The notes: generated by a model not told the origin, from the letters alone. A stretch of 64,000 nucleotides of DNA from Desulfomonilaceae bacterium (GCA_041740635.1 JBGSLQ010000034.1:5726-69725); one strand, 5' to 3'; positions 1-10,281 are shown, counted from the stretch's first letter. Numbers and translations: made by a program.

Positions 1-552
1 CATATTGAAAACAGCCATATACGCGGTCGCATTGGGGAATTCCAGACTCGGCCGATACACCGTCTTGTACACAAGAGGCTGGCCGTCTGGCGATTGAGGC
101 ATATCTTCCGATGTCCACTCTCCCTCGCCTTCAATTACGGGCGACGTATAGAGCGGGGGGATTCGATTGAGCCGCAACTGACCGGCCGGTGCGGCGGTCT
201 CCGTTTGGATGACCTCGGCGGGTTCAGCAGTGTTTACATCTACCACCGTATCGGCTTCCACGGCTGTATTGGCGCTCACGATCGTATCGGCTTCACTCCG
301 GACGTTCTCAGGCGTCTCATATTCAGGGACTCGTGTCAGCAGTTCTTCCAACCATTTCAAGCTGGGTTCGGATTGCCTGCTGTCGGACCCGGATTCTTCT
401 ACTGCATAATTGGAAATGCGAGCGTGAACGGAAATGGGAGAGGTTAAATCCCGGGAGAATCCTGGAGTTGAGAAGACAAGAACTAAGCAAACCAGAAAAG
501 AAACACGTTTCCACATACCCGAAAACATTTTAACTCCAAACCAACTCTTCAT
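1..552 (-). CDS. Secreted protein, 5' part only (runs off window start); possibly phosphodiester-glycosidase (NAGPA-like) family
   Basis: Manual translation from ATG at 552 is open to position 1: MKSWFGVKMFSGMWKRVSFLVCLVLVFSTPGFS (signal-like), an acidic Pro/Thr/Ala linker, then PVIEGEGEWT...DGQPLVYKTVYRP...AYMAVFNM. Absent from the ORF track because no stop lies in the window. Family call is from memory of motif similarity only. Confidence 0.6.
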   Translation of the reverse strand, partial: MKSWFGVKMFSGMWKRVSFLVCLVLVFSTPGFSRDLTSPISVHARISNYAVEESGSDSRQSEPSLKWLEELLTRVPEYETPENVRSEADTIVSANTAVEADTVVDVNTAEPAEVIQTETAAPAGQLRLNRIPPLYTSPVIEGEGEWTSEDMPQSPDGQPLVYKTVYRPSLEFPNATAYMAVFNM

Positions 553-826
553 TACGGCGGAATCCGCACGTCATACCAATCCGCACGCAAATCAGCAAGG
601 ATTGAAAAATATTGCTTCTTTGATTGCGAATCAGCATTAACCCGGACCATTACGCTATTCGGTCCGAATTGAATTCAACCAAAATGACCAAATTCAGCCT
701 AACAGACTGAAATAACTAAGAAAAATCAAAATTACGGAGGCATTATAACAGAGAAGCGATAGAAATACAACCATTGTCTGAAGAAACAAGCTCTACAAAC
801 CTATTGCCAGTGTGCGCAAGGATGAT

Positions 827-1381
827 CTATTTCCGAGAGTATTCCTCAAGCAACCCCGGAACGTCTTGAGGAGCAAAATCCAAAAGATTAAAGATTTCGG
901 TTTCGAGCTGAATGGTATTTTGCTTCATGATCATGAGGCGCTCAACGGCTTTCGCTGTTTTCCCGTACGTATCCTGCAGGTATTGAAAGCGATTCTCCAA
1001 AGTCACGACCTCGTCATGTACGACTCTCTTGTCAGCGTAAAAAAGTACGTGCTCTTCAGCTACCGGAGGAATCTCCGTTCTCAAGATCACGTGCTGCACG
1101 ACAATACGGGCCACTGCCGGGTAGCCTTCCGAAATCAGAATTTCTTCGCCTCGAATGTCGTGAAATTTCGAGCCGTCGACGATGCAAGGATATTTACCGA
1201 TATCGTGCAACAAACATGACGCTCTGAGTAGATCCAGCTCGAGAGCATGATTCCTGCGGAGCAAGGCTTCAGCCAGTATTCTGGCCACCTGCCACACTTT
1301 TGCGGAGTGAAGGACTATATGATGAGGAGTCCCGTATCTTTCCAGAAGCCTGAAACAGGCGCCTTCGTCAGGGATGGTCAT
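827..1381 (-). CDS. HD-domain metal-dependent phosphohydrolase (HDIG type)
   Basis: HIVLHS...LLHDIGK...HDIRG...VVQH...YADKRV pattern of metal ligands. Confidence 0.85.
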   Translation of the reverse strand: MTIPDEGACFRLLERYGTPHHIVLHSAKVWQVARILAEALLRRNHALELDLLRASCLLHDIGKYPCIVDGSKFHDIRGEEILISEGYPAVARIVVQHVILRTEIPPVAEEHVLFYADKRVVHDEVVTLENRFQYLQDTYGKTAKAVERLMIMKQNTIQLETEIFNLLDFAPQDVPGLLEEYSRK

Positions 1382-1526
1382 CAGCCGATCCAGTATTCAC
1401 TATTTCTTCCGTACGGTAATCCCGCTACCTGATCGTAAATTATCACGAATGGAACCGAAGAAAAAGCCTGGATACCGAAGCAAACAATGTTTTCCAAGAT
1501 CAAGGTTAACAGAGCGAGCCAATTGA

Positions 1527-1550
1527 CCCGCTCCCTGTGGAGAGAGCGGG
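1527..1550 (-). terminator. GC-rich hairpin downstream of the 1607-2620 gene
   Basis: CCCGCTC-N10-GAGCGGG stem; no clear U-tract. Confidence 0.35.
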
Positions 1551-1606
1551 CCTGCCACCCCGGAGAGGTTCCGGAGGTCCTGTGGTTCGCGTAAGGTGGA
1601 GTTGGA

Positions 1607-2620
1607 TTAGAAGATTACGCCGAACTCTCCGAAGGGGCCGTAAAAAGAGTGTGTAATATCTTCGTTATCACTGATGTTGGCCCAGATGTTCGTGTACCGG
1701 TATCCCACACCAAGGTATGGACGGACCTGGCTTGGCGGAGCCCCGTCGCATGAAGATCCGAGATCCGGGAAGAAGCGCATGTCGCCTTCAAGCGTAAATC
1801 CGCTGAGCTTGCTGGGAATGAAATGGTAGAGCCCTTTGAACCGCAGAAACGCGCCATTTGTCGGAGCAAATTCTCCAATACCGCCAATGGACGGCCAACC
1901 GACAACACTGGTGGTTTTTCTGTGATGGGCGAGTCCCTGGGGATCCAGGTAATCCACTTTTATGTCGCTTACAATTACTTCACCGGCTAATACCGGTCCA
2001 ACCCGGTAATTGCATCCCGTGAAACAATAGTACTCTGCCTCTTGCCTGATGACGTAAGGGGTAACCTTCCAATTAGTCGTGGAACCGGCAAGGATTGTAG
2101 TTCCATTGAAATTCAAGGTTGAAGGTAATACACCCCAGCCACCATCCGAGCGAGGAATCATAAAAGTGTATGTGAGAACGAATCTCGGGGCAACCCTCAG
2201 CGCTCCGTACACCTCTCCAGTCAGAAAACTGGGGGAAAAATTCAGATCCCTCACAAAATCAATGTTTTGCCTGGAATCGGAGAAACTCACCTTGAATGCA
2301 TTATTGAAATACATGAGACGAGACCCCAATTCCCAAGTGAATTGGCATTCCTGAGGGCCGCAGGCCGGAGGAGCACACGAGAGCGGCGGACCGCAGGTAG
2401 GGGGTGGACATGGAGGAGCACAATTGCTCGCATCGACACCTCCCGGTCCCATAGGCGGTCCCATCATAGGCGGCCCCATAGGGGGTCCCATGGGCCTTCC
2501 CATAGGCGGTCCCATAGGGGTCATGGGAGGAGCCTGCCAACAACTTGCAGCGTTGGCAAGGAGCAAAATACATAAAGATACGATCCCGAAGGATAGGGTC
2601 AGTTTACGCAACCTATTCAT
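1607..2620 (-). CDS. Secreted Pro/Met-rich protein with probable C-terminal outer-membrane beta-barrel
   Basis: Signal peptide; (G)PPM(G) tandem repeats; Cys/Pro segment; amphipathic beta-strand pattern ending YGPFGEFGVIF with terminal Phe. Confidence 0.7.
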   Translation of the reverse strand: MNRLRKLTLSFGIVSLCILLLANAASCWQAPPMTPMGPPMGRPMGPPMGPPMMGPPMGPGGVDASNCAPPCPPPTCGPPLSCAPPACGPQECQFTWELGSRLMYFNNAFKVSFSDSRQNIDFVRDLNFSPSFLTGEVYGALRVAPRFVLTYTFMIPRSDGGWGVLPSTLNFNGTTILAGSTTNWKVTPYVIRQEAEYYCFTGCNYRVGPVLAGEVIVSDIKVDYLDPQGLAHHRKTTSVVGWPSIGGIGEFAPTNGAFLRFKGLYHFIPSKLSGFTLEGDMRFFPDLGSSCDGAPPSQVRPYLGVGYRYTNIWANISDNEDITHSFYGPFGEFGVIF

Positions 2621-3025
2621 TGTTAGCCTTGAACCTCCTGGGGCTGACTGTGCTGCAATAATAACATAATTAAATCAATCTAGTCAACCATAATCTGAAA
2701 GTAATTTCGCGTAAGATTCGTTTAATCACATGATTTTCAGCAATATCTATTTTTATGCAGAATAAGGGATTGCAAATTAAGTACTTATACTTATTTTCTC
2801 TCCCGTGACTTGGCTGTGCTCTCGTGATTATTATAAGTTTTAAAGTATCGAGCGAAGAATGACTTCTCGCCATTGAATTTCGGCTTTTACTCTTGTATAG
2901 TGGCTTACAAGTCCTCCTTTGATTTGGGGAGAAAGTCCGGTTTGGATTGGAATCGGCCTCTCACGAGGCGAACCCCTCTTGATGCGAGCGAGTTGGGTTA
3001 TTCTTGATTGGATAGTTTTAACAAT

Positions 3026-3329
3026 GCTACGAGAGCACTTGAACGATATACGGATCAGGTGGAATCCCAGGGAGAAACGCGGGAGCAACTATGACCCTGT
3101 GCTTTTCCTCGAGACGCCCGAGCAGGCGCGGAAACTGATTCAGCACTTGCAGGACCAGTTGAAGCGAGCACAACGTGACAAAAACCGTGAGTTGATAGCG
3201 GAACTGGAAGACATATTGTCTCGCGTGGAACATCTCTCGAAGAAGTTTTTCAGGTGGGAGCAGACTATGTCACGGAATCTGGAAAACGAGGACATGCGGG
3301 AAATCAAGAAGCTTCCCCTTGCTTTTTGA
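3026..3329 (+). CDS. Hypothetical helical protein (ORF track start 2919; ATG 3026 is an alternative)
   Basis: Open frame with charged coiled-coil-like composition; no recognised motif. Confidence 0.55.
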
Positions 3330-3378
3330 CCCTGGTCGATTTACAGAGGATCATTCGGGAACATTCATGGAGGCTGCA

Positions 3379-3690
3379 ATGGATTTGGATACAATGAGCC
3401 GTGAGGAACTGATTGCTTATATTCGAGAGATGAATGAGTACATGGATAACGTGATCGTCTTCTGGGGAGGCAAACGAGAATATCGAGAGACTTTTGAGGA
3501 AATGGCGCGGAACAGCGAAGGTTACTCCGAAGAAGAGGCTCGAAATGCCCGGTTGATTCTGGAAAAACCGGGGGTTTTCGATGAGTTTATCGACCTCGTC
3601 AGGGATTCGTTTGAAAAAGGCGGTATAAATTATCTTTTGGCGGAAAAGATTTCTGCCATAATGGACGAAGTTGTCTCTCGACATAGCTGA
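3379..3690 (+). CDS. Hypothetical acidic protein
   Basis: GGAGG RBS at 3369-3373 before ATG 3379 (MDLDTMSREELIAYIR...); protein-like composition. Confidence 0.7.
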   Translation: MDLDTMSREELIAYIREMNEYMDNVIVFWGGKREYRETFEEMARNSEGYSEEEARNARLILEKPGVFDEFIDLVRDSFEKGGINYLLAEKISAIMDEVVSRHS

Positions 3691-3794
3691 TCTAGCCGGA
3701 TTAGTATTTGATCCGGAATATTTAATGGAATAATCTTATTAATTGGTTTATAATAAGAAATCTGGTAGGCTTCTGTCGCTGAAAGGAGAGAAAA

Positions 3795-4385
3795 TTGTTC
3801 AGTGGACGATTAGGGTCTCGATACCTATTCTGCGGGTTCATAATGCTCCTCCTTTGTTTCTGGCACGTAGTGCCGGGATGGTCAGCCAGTGTCTCCGACT
3901 GCTTAGCCATTAAGACTGAGTGGGAAGGCATGCTCCAGGAGCTGAAGATCAGGCTCCAGGAATTTCAGGCCCTCCAGCAGATGCATGTGGAGAAAATTAT
4001 TCAAAGGCCGCTCGTGGATAAAGGAGAGAACAAATCTATAGCCAGACAGGTATTTGAGGCGCTCCAGCAGAAAAATGAATTACTCAATACCAAACGGGGA
4101 GAATGCCGGGATCTTGCGGCTTCGGAAGAACGAGTATTCGGACAGTTTCAGGAATGCGTACAATCGGGCCAATTGAAGGAAAAAGAACTGAAGGCTTTGG
4201 CAAAGAAACGTCAGTCGTTCATAGACAAGGTGCAGATATCATTGGCCGAAGTGCAGGAAGTGGAAGGCAAGGACACTGCGATTCCGTATTCGGAAGCCAT
4301 GAGAGACCAGGATCCCTATGCGAGAAGCGTGAACAATTACTGGCAGAATTATCAGCAGATGTACAGGAGATGGTGGGGTCAATAA
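3795..4385 (+). CDS. Hypothetical secreted coiled-coil protein
   Basis: Hydrophobic N-terminus, heptad-rich core, C-terminal NNYWQNYQQMYRRWWGQ. Confidence 0.7.
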   Translation: MFSGRLGSRYLFCGFIMLLLCFWHVVPGWSASVSDCLAIKTEWEGMLQELKIRLQEFQALQQMHVEKIIQRPLVDKGENKSIARQVFEALQQKNELLNTKRGECRDLAASEERVFGQFQECVQSGQLKEKELKALAKKRQSFIDKVQISLAEVQEVEGKDTAIPYSEAMRDQDPYARSVNNYWQNYQQMYRRWWGQ

Positions 4386-4407
4386 ACCGTATATTTTTTG
4401 CCTCCTC

Positions 4408-4436
4408 TTGACAGATTTTCATAATCGCATTAAGAT
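4408..4436 (+). promoter_or_regulatory. Sigma-70-type promoter for tRNA-Ile2
   Basis: TTGACA-17 nt-TAAGAT about 80 bp upstream of the tRNA. Confidence 0.6.
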
Positions 4437-4518
4437 GAAAAGTTATTGGAAGCCGCAGTGTATCTTCCGGAATTAAGTCCGGTACATGCGTGATACTCAT
4501 GCTGTCGGCGAAAAGAGG

Positions 4519-4594
4519 GGGCCCATAGCTCAGCTGGTAGAGCTCCCGGCTCATAACCGGTTGGTCCCTGGTTCGAATCCAGGTGGGCCCACCA
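4519..4594 (+). tRNA. tRNA-Ile2 (CAT anticodon, lysidine-modified type)
   Basis: Cloverleaf: GGGCCCA/TGGGCCC acceptor, anticodon loop CTCATAA, TTCGAAT T-loop, encoded ACCA. The acceptor and anticodon-arm sequence resembles ileX-type tRNAs rather than tRNA-Met. Confidence 0.92.
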
Positions 4595-4653
4595 TTCTGT
4601 GAGTAAGGCCATGCAACCCCCCCTTGTAACAAATACCACGATGCACGTTCTTC

Positions 4654-4679
4654 ACGGGGAGCTTCACGAGGCTCCCCGT
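4654..4679 (+). terminator. Hairpin terminator after tRNA-Ile2
   Basis: ACGGGGAGCTT-CACG-AGGCTCCCCGT followed by an AT-rich tail. Confidence 0.6.
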
Positions 4680-4753
4680 AATTATTTCGAACAGAGCGAA
4701 AAGGGCCTGAGAGCCCGCACAGAGGGGATGGGCACGGCCGGAGTGAAGATCGG

Positions 4754-5587
4754 GTGAGACATGTTACGTTAGCAGAGATCGTCGAGATAGCGGATAGGCT
4801 GTTCCCCTTTTCCGAATGCGAGAACTGGGATAACTGCGGCATACAGATAGGAGATCCTTCCGAAACCATAGATGGCATCGCCTTCAGTCTCGATCCTCTT
4901 CCTGAAACCCTTGCTTTTGCTGCGGAAAATGCCTGCGGGCTTCTCATCACACACCACCCTGCAATCCTGGAACCGATCAGTCGAATTACTCCAGAATCTC
5001 TGGTAGGCCGTACCTTATTACATGCGGCGAGAAGTAACGTAGGAATACTGAGTCTGCATACCAACCTGGATTGCGCTGAAGGCGGGTTAAACCACTGGCT
5101 GGCAGGGGTTCTCGGTCTGGAAAAGGTGCAAATTCCGGTTCCTGCTCGAGCTGCGCGGTTGGGTGTTTTGCCGGATTCTCTCAGAATTTCACAAGTGGCC
5201 GATCTATTGGCTGAGAAGCTGCATGTTCGCTCTTTACGGATTGTAGCCAGGGACGACAGGCTTGTGAAGACGATTTTTTGCGTCTCCGGCAGCGGCATGG
5301 GCTATCTCAAGGACGCGCTTGCTTGGAAAGCCGATCTCATGATCACGGGAGATGTCCGGTACCATGCGGCAAGAGAAGCTCTGGAATTGGGCTTACCCGT
5401 CATTGATGCAGGGCATTTCGGCTTGGAAAAGGATGCGGTCAGCATTATGTGCTCCGCATTCGATCGGGAATTTACGCAAATGGGTCTTGCGGTCCGATGT
5501 GTGGCTTGTCCGATAGAAACTGACCCATTTCAAACATATACAACTCCAGGAGGTTTTCACCTTGAAAGAACAACTTCTGCTTCTTGA
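4754..5587 (+). CDS. Nif3-like dinuclear metal centre hexameric protein (GTP cyclohydrolase 1 type 2 homolog)
   Basis: WDNCGIQIG, LLITHHP, SLHTNLD, ITGDVRYH, IDAGHFGLE motifs. Confidence 0.95.
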   Translation: MRHVTLAEIVEIADRLFPFSECENWDNCGIQIGDPSETIDGIAFSLDPLPETLAFAAENACGLLITHHPAILEPISRITPESLVGRTLLHAARSNVGILSLHTNLDCAEGGLNHWLAGVLGLEKVQIPVPARAARLGVLPDSLRISQVADLLAEKLHVRSLRIVARDDRLVKTIFCVSGSGMGYLKDALAWKADLMITGDVRYHAAREALELGLPVIDAGHFGLEKDAVSIMCSAFDREFTQMGLAVRCVACPIETDPFQTYTTPGGFHLERTTSAS

Positions 5588-6296
5588 ACGGCTTCAGGAG
5601 ATCGATGGCCAGATTGATCGCCATGAGCAAAATCTGGCCCGCCTGCCGTTGCAAATACAGGAAATCGCCAGAAACATGGTGGTACTCAGAAGAGAAATGG
5701 CAGAAGCCGCGGAACGAACCGAGACTCTGCAGAAGGATCTTCGTCGCAAAGAACAGGATCTTGCCACGGAACAGGAAAAGATCAAGAAATCCGAACGACG
5801 GCTCCTCAGTATCAAAAATCAAAAGGAATACAACGCCCTCTCGAGGGAAGTGAAACTTGGGAAAAAAGTTGCCGGCGAGATCGAAGATGCGATTCTCGGA
5901 TTCATGACTGAGATCGAGACTCTCAAGAAAGTCTCTGACAGGAAAGAAAAGGAAATCCAGGAAGCAGAACAGGTACTTGTCGAAAAAAAGGCTGAATCTG
6001 AGGTCTCGACAGAAGAAGCCAATCAGGTGTTGGAACAACTTAAAGTGGAAAAGGAAACCCTTGTAGAATCTATCGATCCGGAGTTTCTCAAGAAGTATCA
6101 GATAGTGAAGAGAGCCAAAGGATATGCTGTTGCCGAGCTGCAGAACGGGTCGTGTTCAGGGTGTCATATATCGATACCGCCGCAGTTGCATATTCGATTG
6201 CTGAAGCAGGAAGAGATGATCGCCTGCCCGAATTGTCATCGAATACTGTACGTGAGGCCGGAAAATATTCCGACTTCCAATCGGTTGGAATCGTAA
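5562..6296 (+). CDS. Coiled-coil protein with C4-type zinc ribbon (DUF164 family)
   Basis: Long coiled coil, CSGCHISIP...ACPNCHRILY; usual neighbour of Nif3. Confidence 0.93.
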   Translation: MKEQLLLLERLQEIDGQIDRHEQNLARLPLQIQEIARNMVVLRREMAEAAERTETLQKDLRRKEQDLATEQEKIKKSERRLLSIKNQKEYNALSREVKLGKKVAGEIEDAILGFMTEIETLKKVSDRKEKEIQEAEQVLVEKKAESEVSTEEANQVLEQLKVEKETLVESIDPEFLKKYQIVKRAKGYAVAELQNGSCSGCHISIPPQLHIRLLKQEEMIACPNCHRILYVRPENIPTSNRLES

Positions 6297-6310
6297 CAAT
6301 TCTGTTTCCT

Positions 6311-6333
6311 GGGGTCTGCTCTGAAAAGACCCC
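6311..6333 (+). terminator. Hairpin after zinc-ribbon gene
   Basis: GGGGTCT-N9-AGACCCC followed by TTACTCTTCTT. Confidence 0.45.
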
Positions 6334-6485
6334 TTACTCTTCTTCTCTCCGGGGGATGCATTCTCGCTCCATGAGCTAATCGCGACAGATCTCTGTGACT
6401 TTCGGGGGTCGGACTATTGACGGCCCGTCCTGTAATCTGCCAGTATCATGCAATACGTATAGTGACAGAGTCGCCGAGGATTCTC

Positions 6486-8711
6486 ATGCCCCTTCAGAAG
6501 CAAAAATATTCCAAGGAATTGCTCTCCGGTATCGTTGCAGACGATATCGATCGAATCATACTTACCGAACACTCCGATCCTCACAGTGTTTTGGGAGCAC
6601 ATCCGGCCGAGATTGGAAACGAGGATGGCACTATTTTCAGGGCTTTCCATCCGGATGCTTCCTCCGCGGAAATTGTCTTTGAGGATCGTCGCGTTGCAAT
6701 GCACAATTCGGAAGCTCCCGGAATGTTTTGGTGTTTCTTAGTCGAGCTGAAGCCACCCGTTGCCTATCGAATCGCTTTCCACTTTTCTGACGGCACAACC
6801 TGGGAATCCGACACTCCATATCGCTTCATGCCCACTCTGGGAGAGCAGGATCTCTATTACTTTGCCGAAGGCAGGCACTTACATTTGTATGAAAAATTGG
6901 GGGCTCATCTTCGAGAGGTTGACGGAGTCAAAGGGGTGTCCTTTGCAGTCTGGGCTCCTAATGCGAAGCGCGTGAGTGTGATCGGCAATTTCAATTTTTG
7001 GGATGGCCGGTTGTACCCCATGAGAAGCATGGGTGTTTCCGGTGTGTGGGAATTGTTTATTCCGAACCTGGATGCAAACGAGGTGTACAAATTCGAGATC
7101 AAGACACCGGAAGGTCATTTACGAACCAAAACCGATCCGTACGCGTTCTATATGGAACTGCGGCCCGGGACCGCAAGCATCACGTGGGATACGGATGCAT
7201 ATGCATGGTCCGACGACGCGTGGATGGAAGAACGCAAAGCCAAAGACTTGATCAACTCTCCCATGAATATCTACGAAGTGCATCTCGGATCGTGGCTCCG
7301 ATTCCCAGAGGAAAACAACCGCTGGGGCACGTACAGAGAGATCGCGCCGCTCCTTGTAGAACACATGAATACGTACGGATTCACACATGTTGAGCTGATG
7401 CCGATAATGGAACATCCGTTCGATGCTTCCTGGGGCTATCAAGTGACCGGCTACTTTGCCCCCACAAGTCGATTCGGCACTCCGGACGATTTCAAATTCT
7501 TCATAGACTTTCTTCACCAGCACGGAATAGGGGTTATTCTGGATTGGGTTCCGGCTCATTTCCCCAGGGATGATTTTAGCTTACGTCTTTTCGACGGCAC
7601 AGCACTGTACGAACACGCGGACCCACGGCAAGGTGAACACCGGGATTGGGGAACACTGATCTTCAATTACGGAAGAAACGAAGTGCGCAATTTCCTCCTG
7701 GGAAATGCCCTGTTCTGGCTGGATAAGTACCACATAGACGGATTACGAGTGGATGCGGTTGCATCCATGCTGTACCTGGACTACAGCAAGAACGAAGGGG
7801 AATGGATTCCAAACAAGTACGGTAGCAATGAAAACCTTGAAGCAATTGAATTTATCAAAGAGTTCAACGAAACAGTGTACGGCCGATTTCCCGGGTGTTT
7901 TACCATAGCCGAGGAATCCACCGCATGGACTGGCGTGACCACTCCCACCTACCTGGGAGGACTGGGATTCGGTTTCAAGTGGGACATGGGTTGGATGCAT
8001 GATACGTTGAAGTATTTTTCAAAAGATCCTATCCACAGGAGCTTTCACCATAACGATCTCACGTTTTCCATGATGTACGCTTACAGCGAAAATTTCATTC
8101 TTCCGTTATCCCATGATGAGGTGGTCTACGGCAAAGGGTCCCTTTTGAGAAAAATGCCCGGTGACGATCTCCAGAAATTCGCAAATCTACGTCTCCTGTA
8201 CGGGTACATGTTCACGCACACAGGAAAGAAACTGCTCATGGGAGGTGCTGAATTCGGCACGTGGAATGAATGGAATCACGAATCTTCCCTGGAAAGACAT
8301 CTGTTACAATATAGTGTGCACGAAGGGATTTCGCGTTTTCTTTCGGATCTCGGAAAACTCTATTTGGAAGACAGTTCCCTGTGGAAATGGGATGCTAAAC
8401 ACGAAGGTTTCTCCTGGATAGACTGCAACGATTACATGAGCAGCGTGTTGGCCTACATCCGGAGAGGGCCTGAAGGGTTTCTGGTAATAGCCTTGAATTT
8501 CACTCCCGTCGAACGAACAGGCTATCGTGTGGGTGTGCCCGAACCGGGAGAATATGTTGAAGTGATCAACTCCGATTCGGCATTTTACGGAGGCACCAAC
8601 ATAGGCAATTCCGGCAGAATCGGTACCATTTCGGGCCAGCAGCACGGGTACGGCCAATTCCTGGAACTCACACTGCCTGCATATGGATGCCTCATTCTCA
8701 AGAAGGCTTGA
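6486..8711 (+). CDS. glgB: 1,4-alpha-glucan branching enzyme (GH13)
   Basis: [71 protein letters not shown] 6486 chosen over track start 6417. Confidence 0.98.
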   Translation: MPLQKQKYSKELLSGIVADDIDRIILTEHSDPHSVLGAHPAEIGNEDGTIFRAFHPDASSAEIVFEDRRVAMHNSEAPGMFWCFLVELKPPVAYRIAFHFSDGTTWESDTPYRFMPTLGEQDLYYFAEGRHLHLYEKLGAHLREVDGVKGVSFAVWAPNAKRVSVIGNFNFWDGRLYPMRSMGVSGVWELFIPNLDANEVYKFEIKTPEGHLRTKTDPYAFYMELRPGTASITWDTDAYAWSDDAWMEERKAKDLINSPMNIYEVHLGSWLRFPEENNRWGTYREIAPLLVEHMNTYGFTHVELMPIMEHPFDASWGYQVTGYFAPTSRFGTPDDFKFFIDFLHQHGIGVILDWVPAHFPRDDFSLRLFDGTALYEHADPRQGEHRDWGTLIFNYGRNEVRNFLLGNALFWLDKYHIDGLRVDAVASMLYLDYSKNEGEWIPNKYGSNENLEAIEFIKEFNETVYGRFPGCFTIAEESTAWTGVTTPTYLGGLGFGFKWDMGWMHDTLKYFSKDPIHRSFHHNDLTFSMMYAYSENFILPLSHDEVVYGKGSLLRKMPGDDLQKFANLRLLYGYMFTHTGKKLLMGGAEFGTWNEWNHESSLERHLLQYSVHEGISRFLSDLGKLYLEDSSLWKWDAKHEGFSWIDCNDYMSSVLAYIRRGPEGFLVIALNFTPVERTGYRVGVPEPGEYVEVINSDSAFYGGTNIGNSGRIGTISGQQHGYGQFLELTLPAYGCLILKKA

Positions 8712-8720
8712 CCGGAATCG

Positions 8721-8862
8721 GGAAACTTTTCTGCAAACTGTACCCCGATCTGTCGCTCTCATACCAAGATGCTTTCAAAGCAAGTAATATTGAAAGTTCT
8801 TGGGAAGGGTCTGGGAAACACTTCTTACAAGAAGGGTTTCCCAGATATTCTCTCTTTGAATG
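8721..8862 (+). repeat. Intergenic palindromic repeat, copy of the family at 54005-54164
   Basis: 8786-8862 (AATATTGAAAGTTCTTGGGAAGGGTCTGGGAAACACTTCTTACAAGAAGGGTTTCCCAGATATT) closely matches the reverse complement of ~53990-54063; a degenerate left arm lies at 8721-8776. Confidence 0.8.
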
Positions 8863-8900
8863 CCAATTCGTATCAATCCTGCTTTGAAAGCGCGCTGCCA

Positions 8901-9809
8901 ATGACTTATTCGTTGATTTTTCCCGGCAATTTGGCAATTGCGCTGTCGGCTGCTCCGGAAATGACGGACTGGCTCCGCGAATTCAGCCGGATTATGGTGC
9001 TGCGTGAGACGAATCAGCAGGATTACCAGGCTCGTATTCATTTTGTGAAAAGTTCTTTTTTCCGGTGCTGGCAAAAAACTGTATCGAGTTGTTCCGGGAT
9101 AGACAGCGATCGTTTTCCAAAGGAAGGATGGAGTACCGATCGATTCGGCCGCGTGCAGCTCTGGTTCCACCCGAGAACCAGCGAAATCTGTTGCGAAATC
9201 GATCTGTCTTCTGACCGAAAAGAGACCCTTTTGTCAATGAATCAGGCTCTTTCGGCAGTGTACTGCCTACTTCGCGGGATCGGTAGCATGCCGGTGCATG
9301 CGGCGCTGGTAGCATGGAAAGGAAAAGGCGTGCTACTCATGGGAAGCAGCGGCGCAGGTAAGACCACCTGCTGCACTCGCCTGCCTGCCTCGTGGACTGC
9401 GCTTTCTGACGATCAGGCGCTCGTTCTGCCGGTATCCTCGGGGGGCTTTGAGGCTCATCCATTGCCCACCTGGAGCGATCTCGTGCTCCGCAATCTCAAT
9501 AAGAGATGGGATATCAGTCGCTCTGTCCCGCTCTGTGCTGTCGCGGTTCTTCTCCAGGGAGATGCGGACGAAATTGTTCCGCTGAATCGGTCCCGGGGAG
9601 CGGTTGCCCTTGCCCAATCTGCAGCATACGTCTCGTTACAGGGATTCTCAGGGTCTCAGGCCCGCATCGCTGAAATACGCAATGACCTCTTGAATGCCGC
9701 TATTGGCTTGGCCAAAACTATCCCTTTCTATCGTTTGTCGTGCACCGTGGAAGGTAATTTTTGGAGTGGAATAGAGCACGTGTTAGAAAACAGTATACAT
9801 TTTGGATAA
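8901..9809 (+). CDS. HPr-kinase-related P-loop protein, ScmC-like
   Basis: HAALV...GVLLMGSSGAGKTT...LSDDQ...AHPLPTWSD pattern. The track's N-terminal 44 aa are translated repeat DNA, so ATG 8901 is preferred. Confidence 0.7.
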   Translation: MTYSLIFPGNLAIALSAAPEMTDWLREFSRIMVLRETNQQDYQARIHFVKSSFFRCWQKTVSSCSGIDSDRFPKEGWSTDRFGRVQLWFHPRTSEICCEIDLSSDRKETLLSMNQALSAVYCLLRGIGSMPVHAALVAWKGKGVLLMGSSGAGKTTCCTRLPASWTALSDDQALVLPVSSGGFEAHPLPTWSDLVLRNLNKRWDISRSVPLCAVAVLLQGDADEIVPLNRSRGAVALAQSAAYVSLQGFSGSQARIAEIRNDLLNAAIGLAKTIPFYRLSCTVEGNFWSGIEHVLENSIHFG

Positions 9810-10218
9810 TTACGTAATAATTCTTACCATGGGATTCTCATGCAGACTCTCTCAGTAACCAAGAAAAGCTATTGGCAAATAAGAATGTCTATTGTTGTGA
9901 CCTGCCAAAGCATATCTTATTGTCACGAAAATTATCAGCTATTATTAGTTCCTTTACACAATGCTCATATTTCACAATGCGTGAATATAATCCATTATAT
10001 TTCTTGGGGTGCCTATCATTATTCTTGAGACAAAAAAGCCCTCTGTAAAGTGCTGAATATCAAATCCTCAAAAGAGTTGCTCCAGTGAGGGAGGATTGGT
10101 ACACCTACGTACGTTTTGCATGTGATACATACATTTCTGAAGCTTTGACCTTTCTTGTGCCTGCGCAACTCTTTGATATTGTGGGGTTGATTCAAGCCGC
10201 ATCAGAGGCTGTTTCTGC

Positions 10219-10234
10219 TGGTACATCTCTTGCT
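10219..10234 (+). promoter_or_regulatory. Sigma-54 (-24/-12) promoter for amt
   Basis: TGGTAC-ATCTC-TTGCT with GG-N10-GC spacing, 47 bp upstream of the amt ATG; fits known nitrogen regulation of amt. Confidence 0.75.
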
Positions 10235-10281
10235 CGTAGGATCGTATTCAATTTTATGTCAGGTGAGAGAGGTACAGCGAC

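Noticed and set aside
2445-2525. Short tandem DNA repeats checked as a possible CRISPR or VNTR
   Set aside because: Codon-phased 12-bp coding repeats with no unique spacers; no CRISPR array or cas gene is in the window.
4219-5298. 359-aa minus-strand ORF spanning the tRNA-Ile2 and Nif3 genes
   Set aside because: Shadow ORF antisense to well-supported features; no protein-like motifs.
6297-6485. Possible RNase H or rnpB after the Nif3/zinc-ribbon pair, as in some other bacteria
   Set aside because: The gap is short and lacks the conserved RNase P sequence (GAGGAAAGTCC).
8769-8900. N-terminal extension of the ScmC-like ORF
   Set aside because: Same repeat family translated in frame; ATG 8901 is the more plausible start.
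9840-10028. 62-aa ORF after the ScmC-like gene as a possible RiPP precursor
   Set aside because: No leader or core pattern, AT-rich intergenic composition and no RBS; likely spurious.
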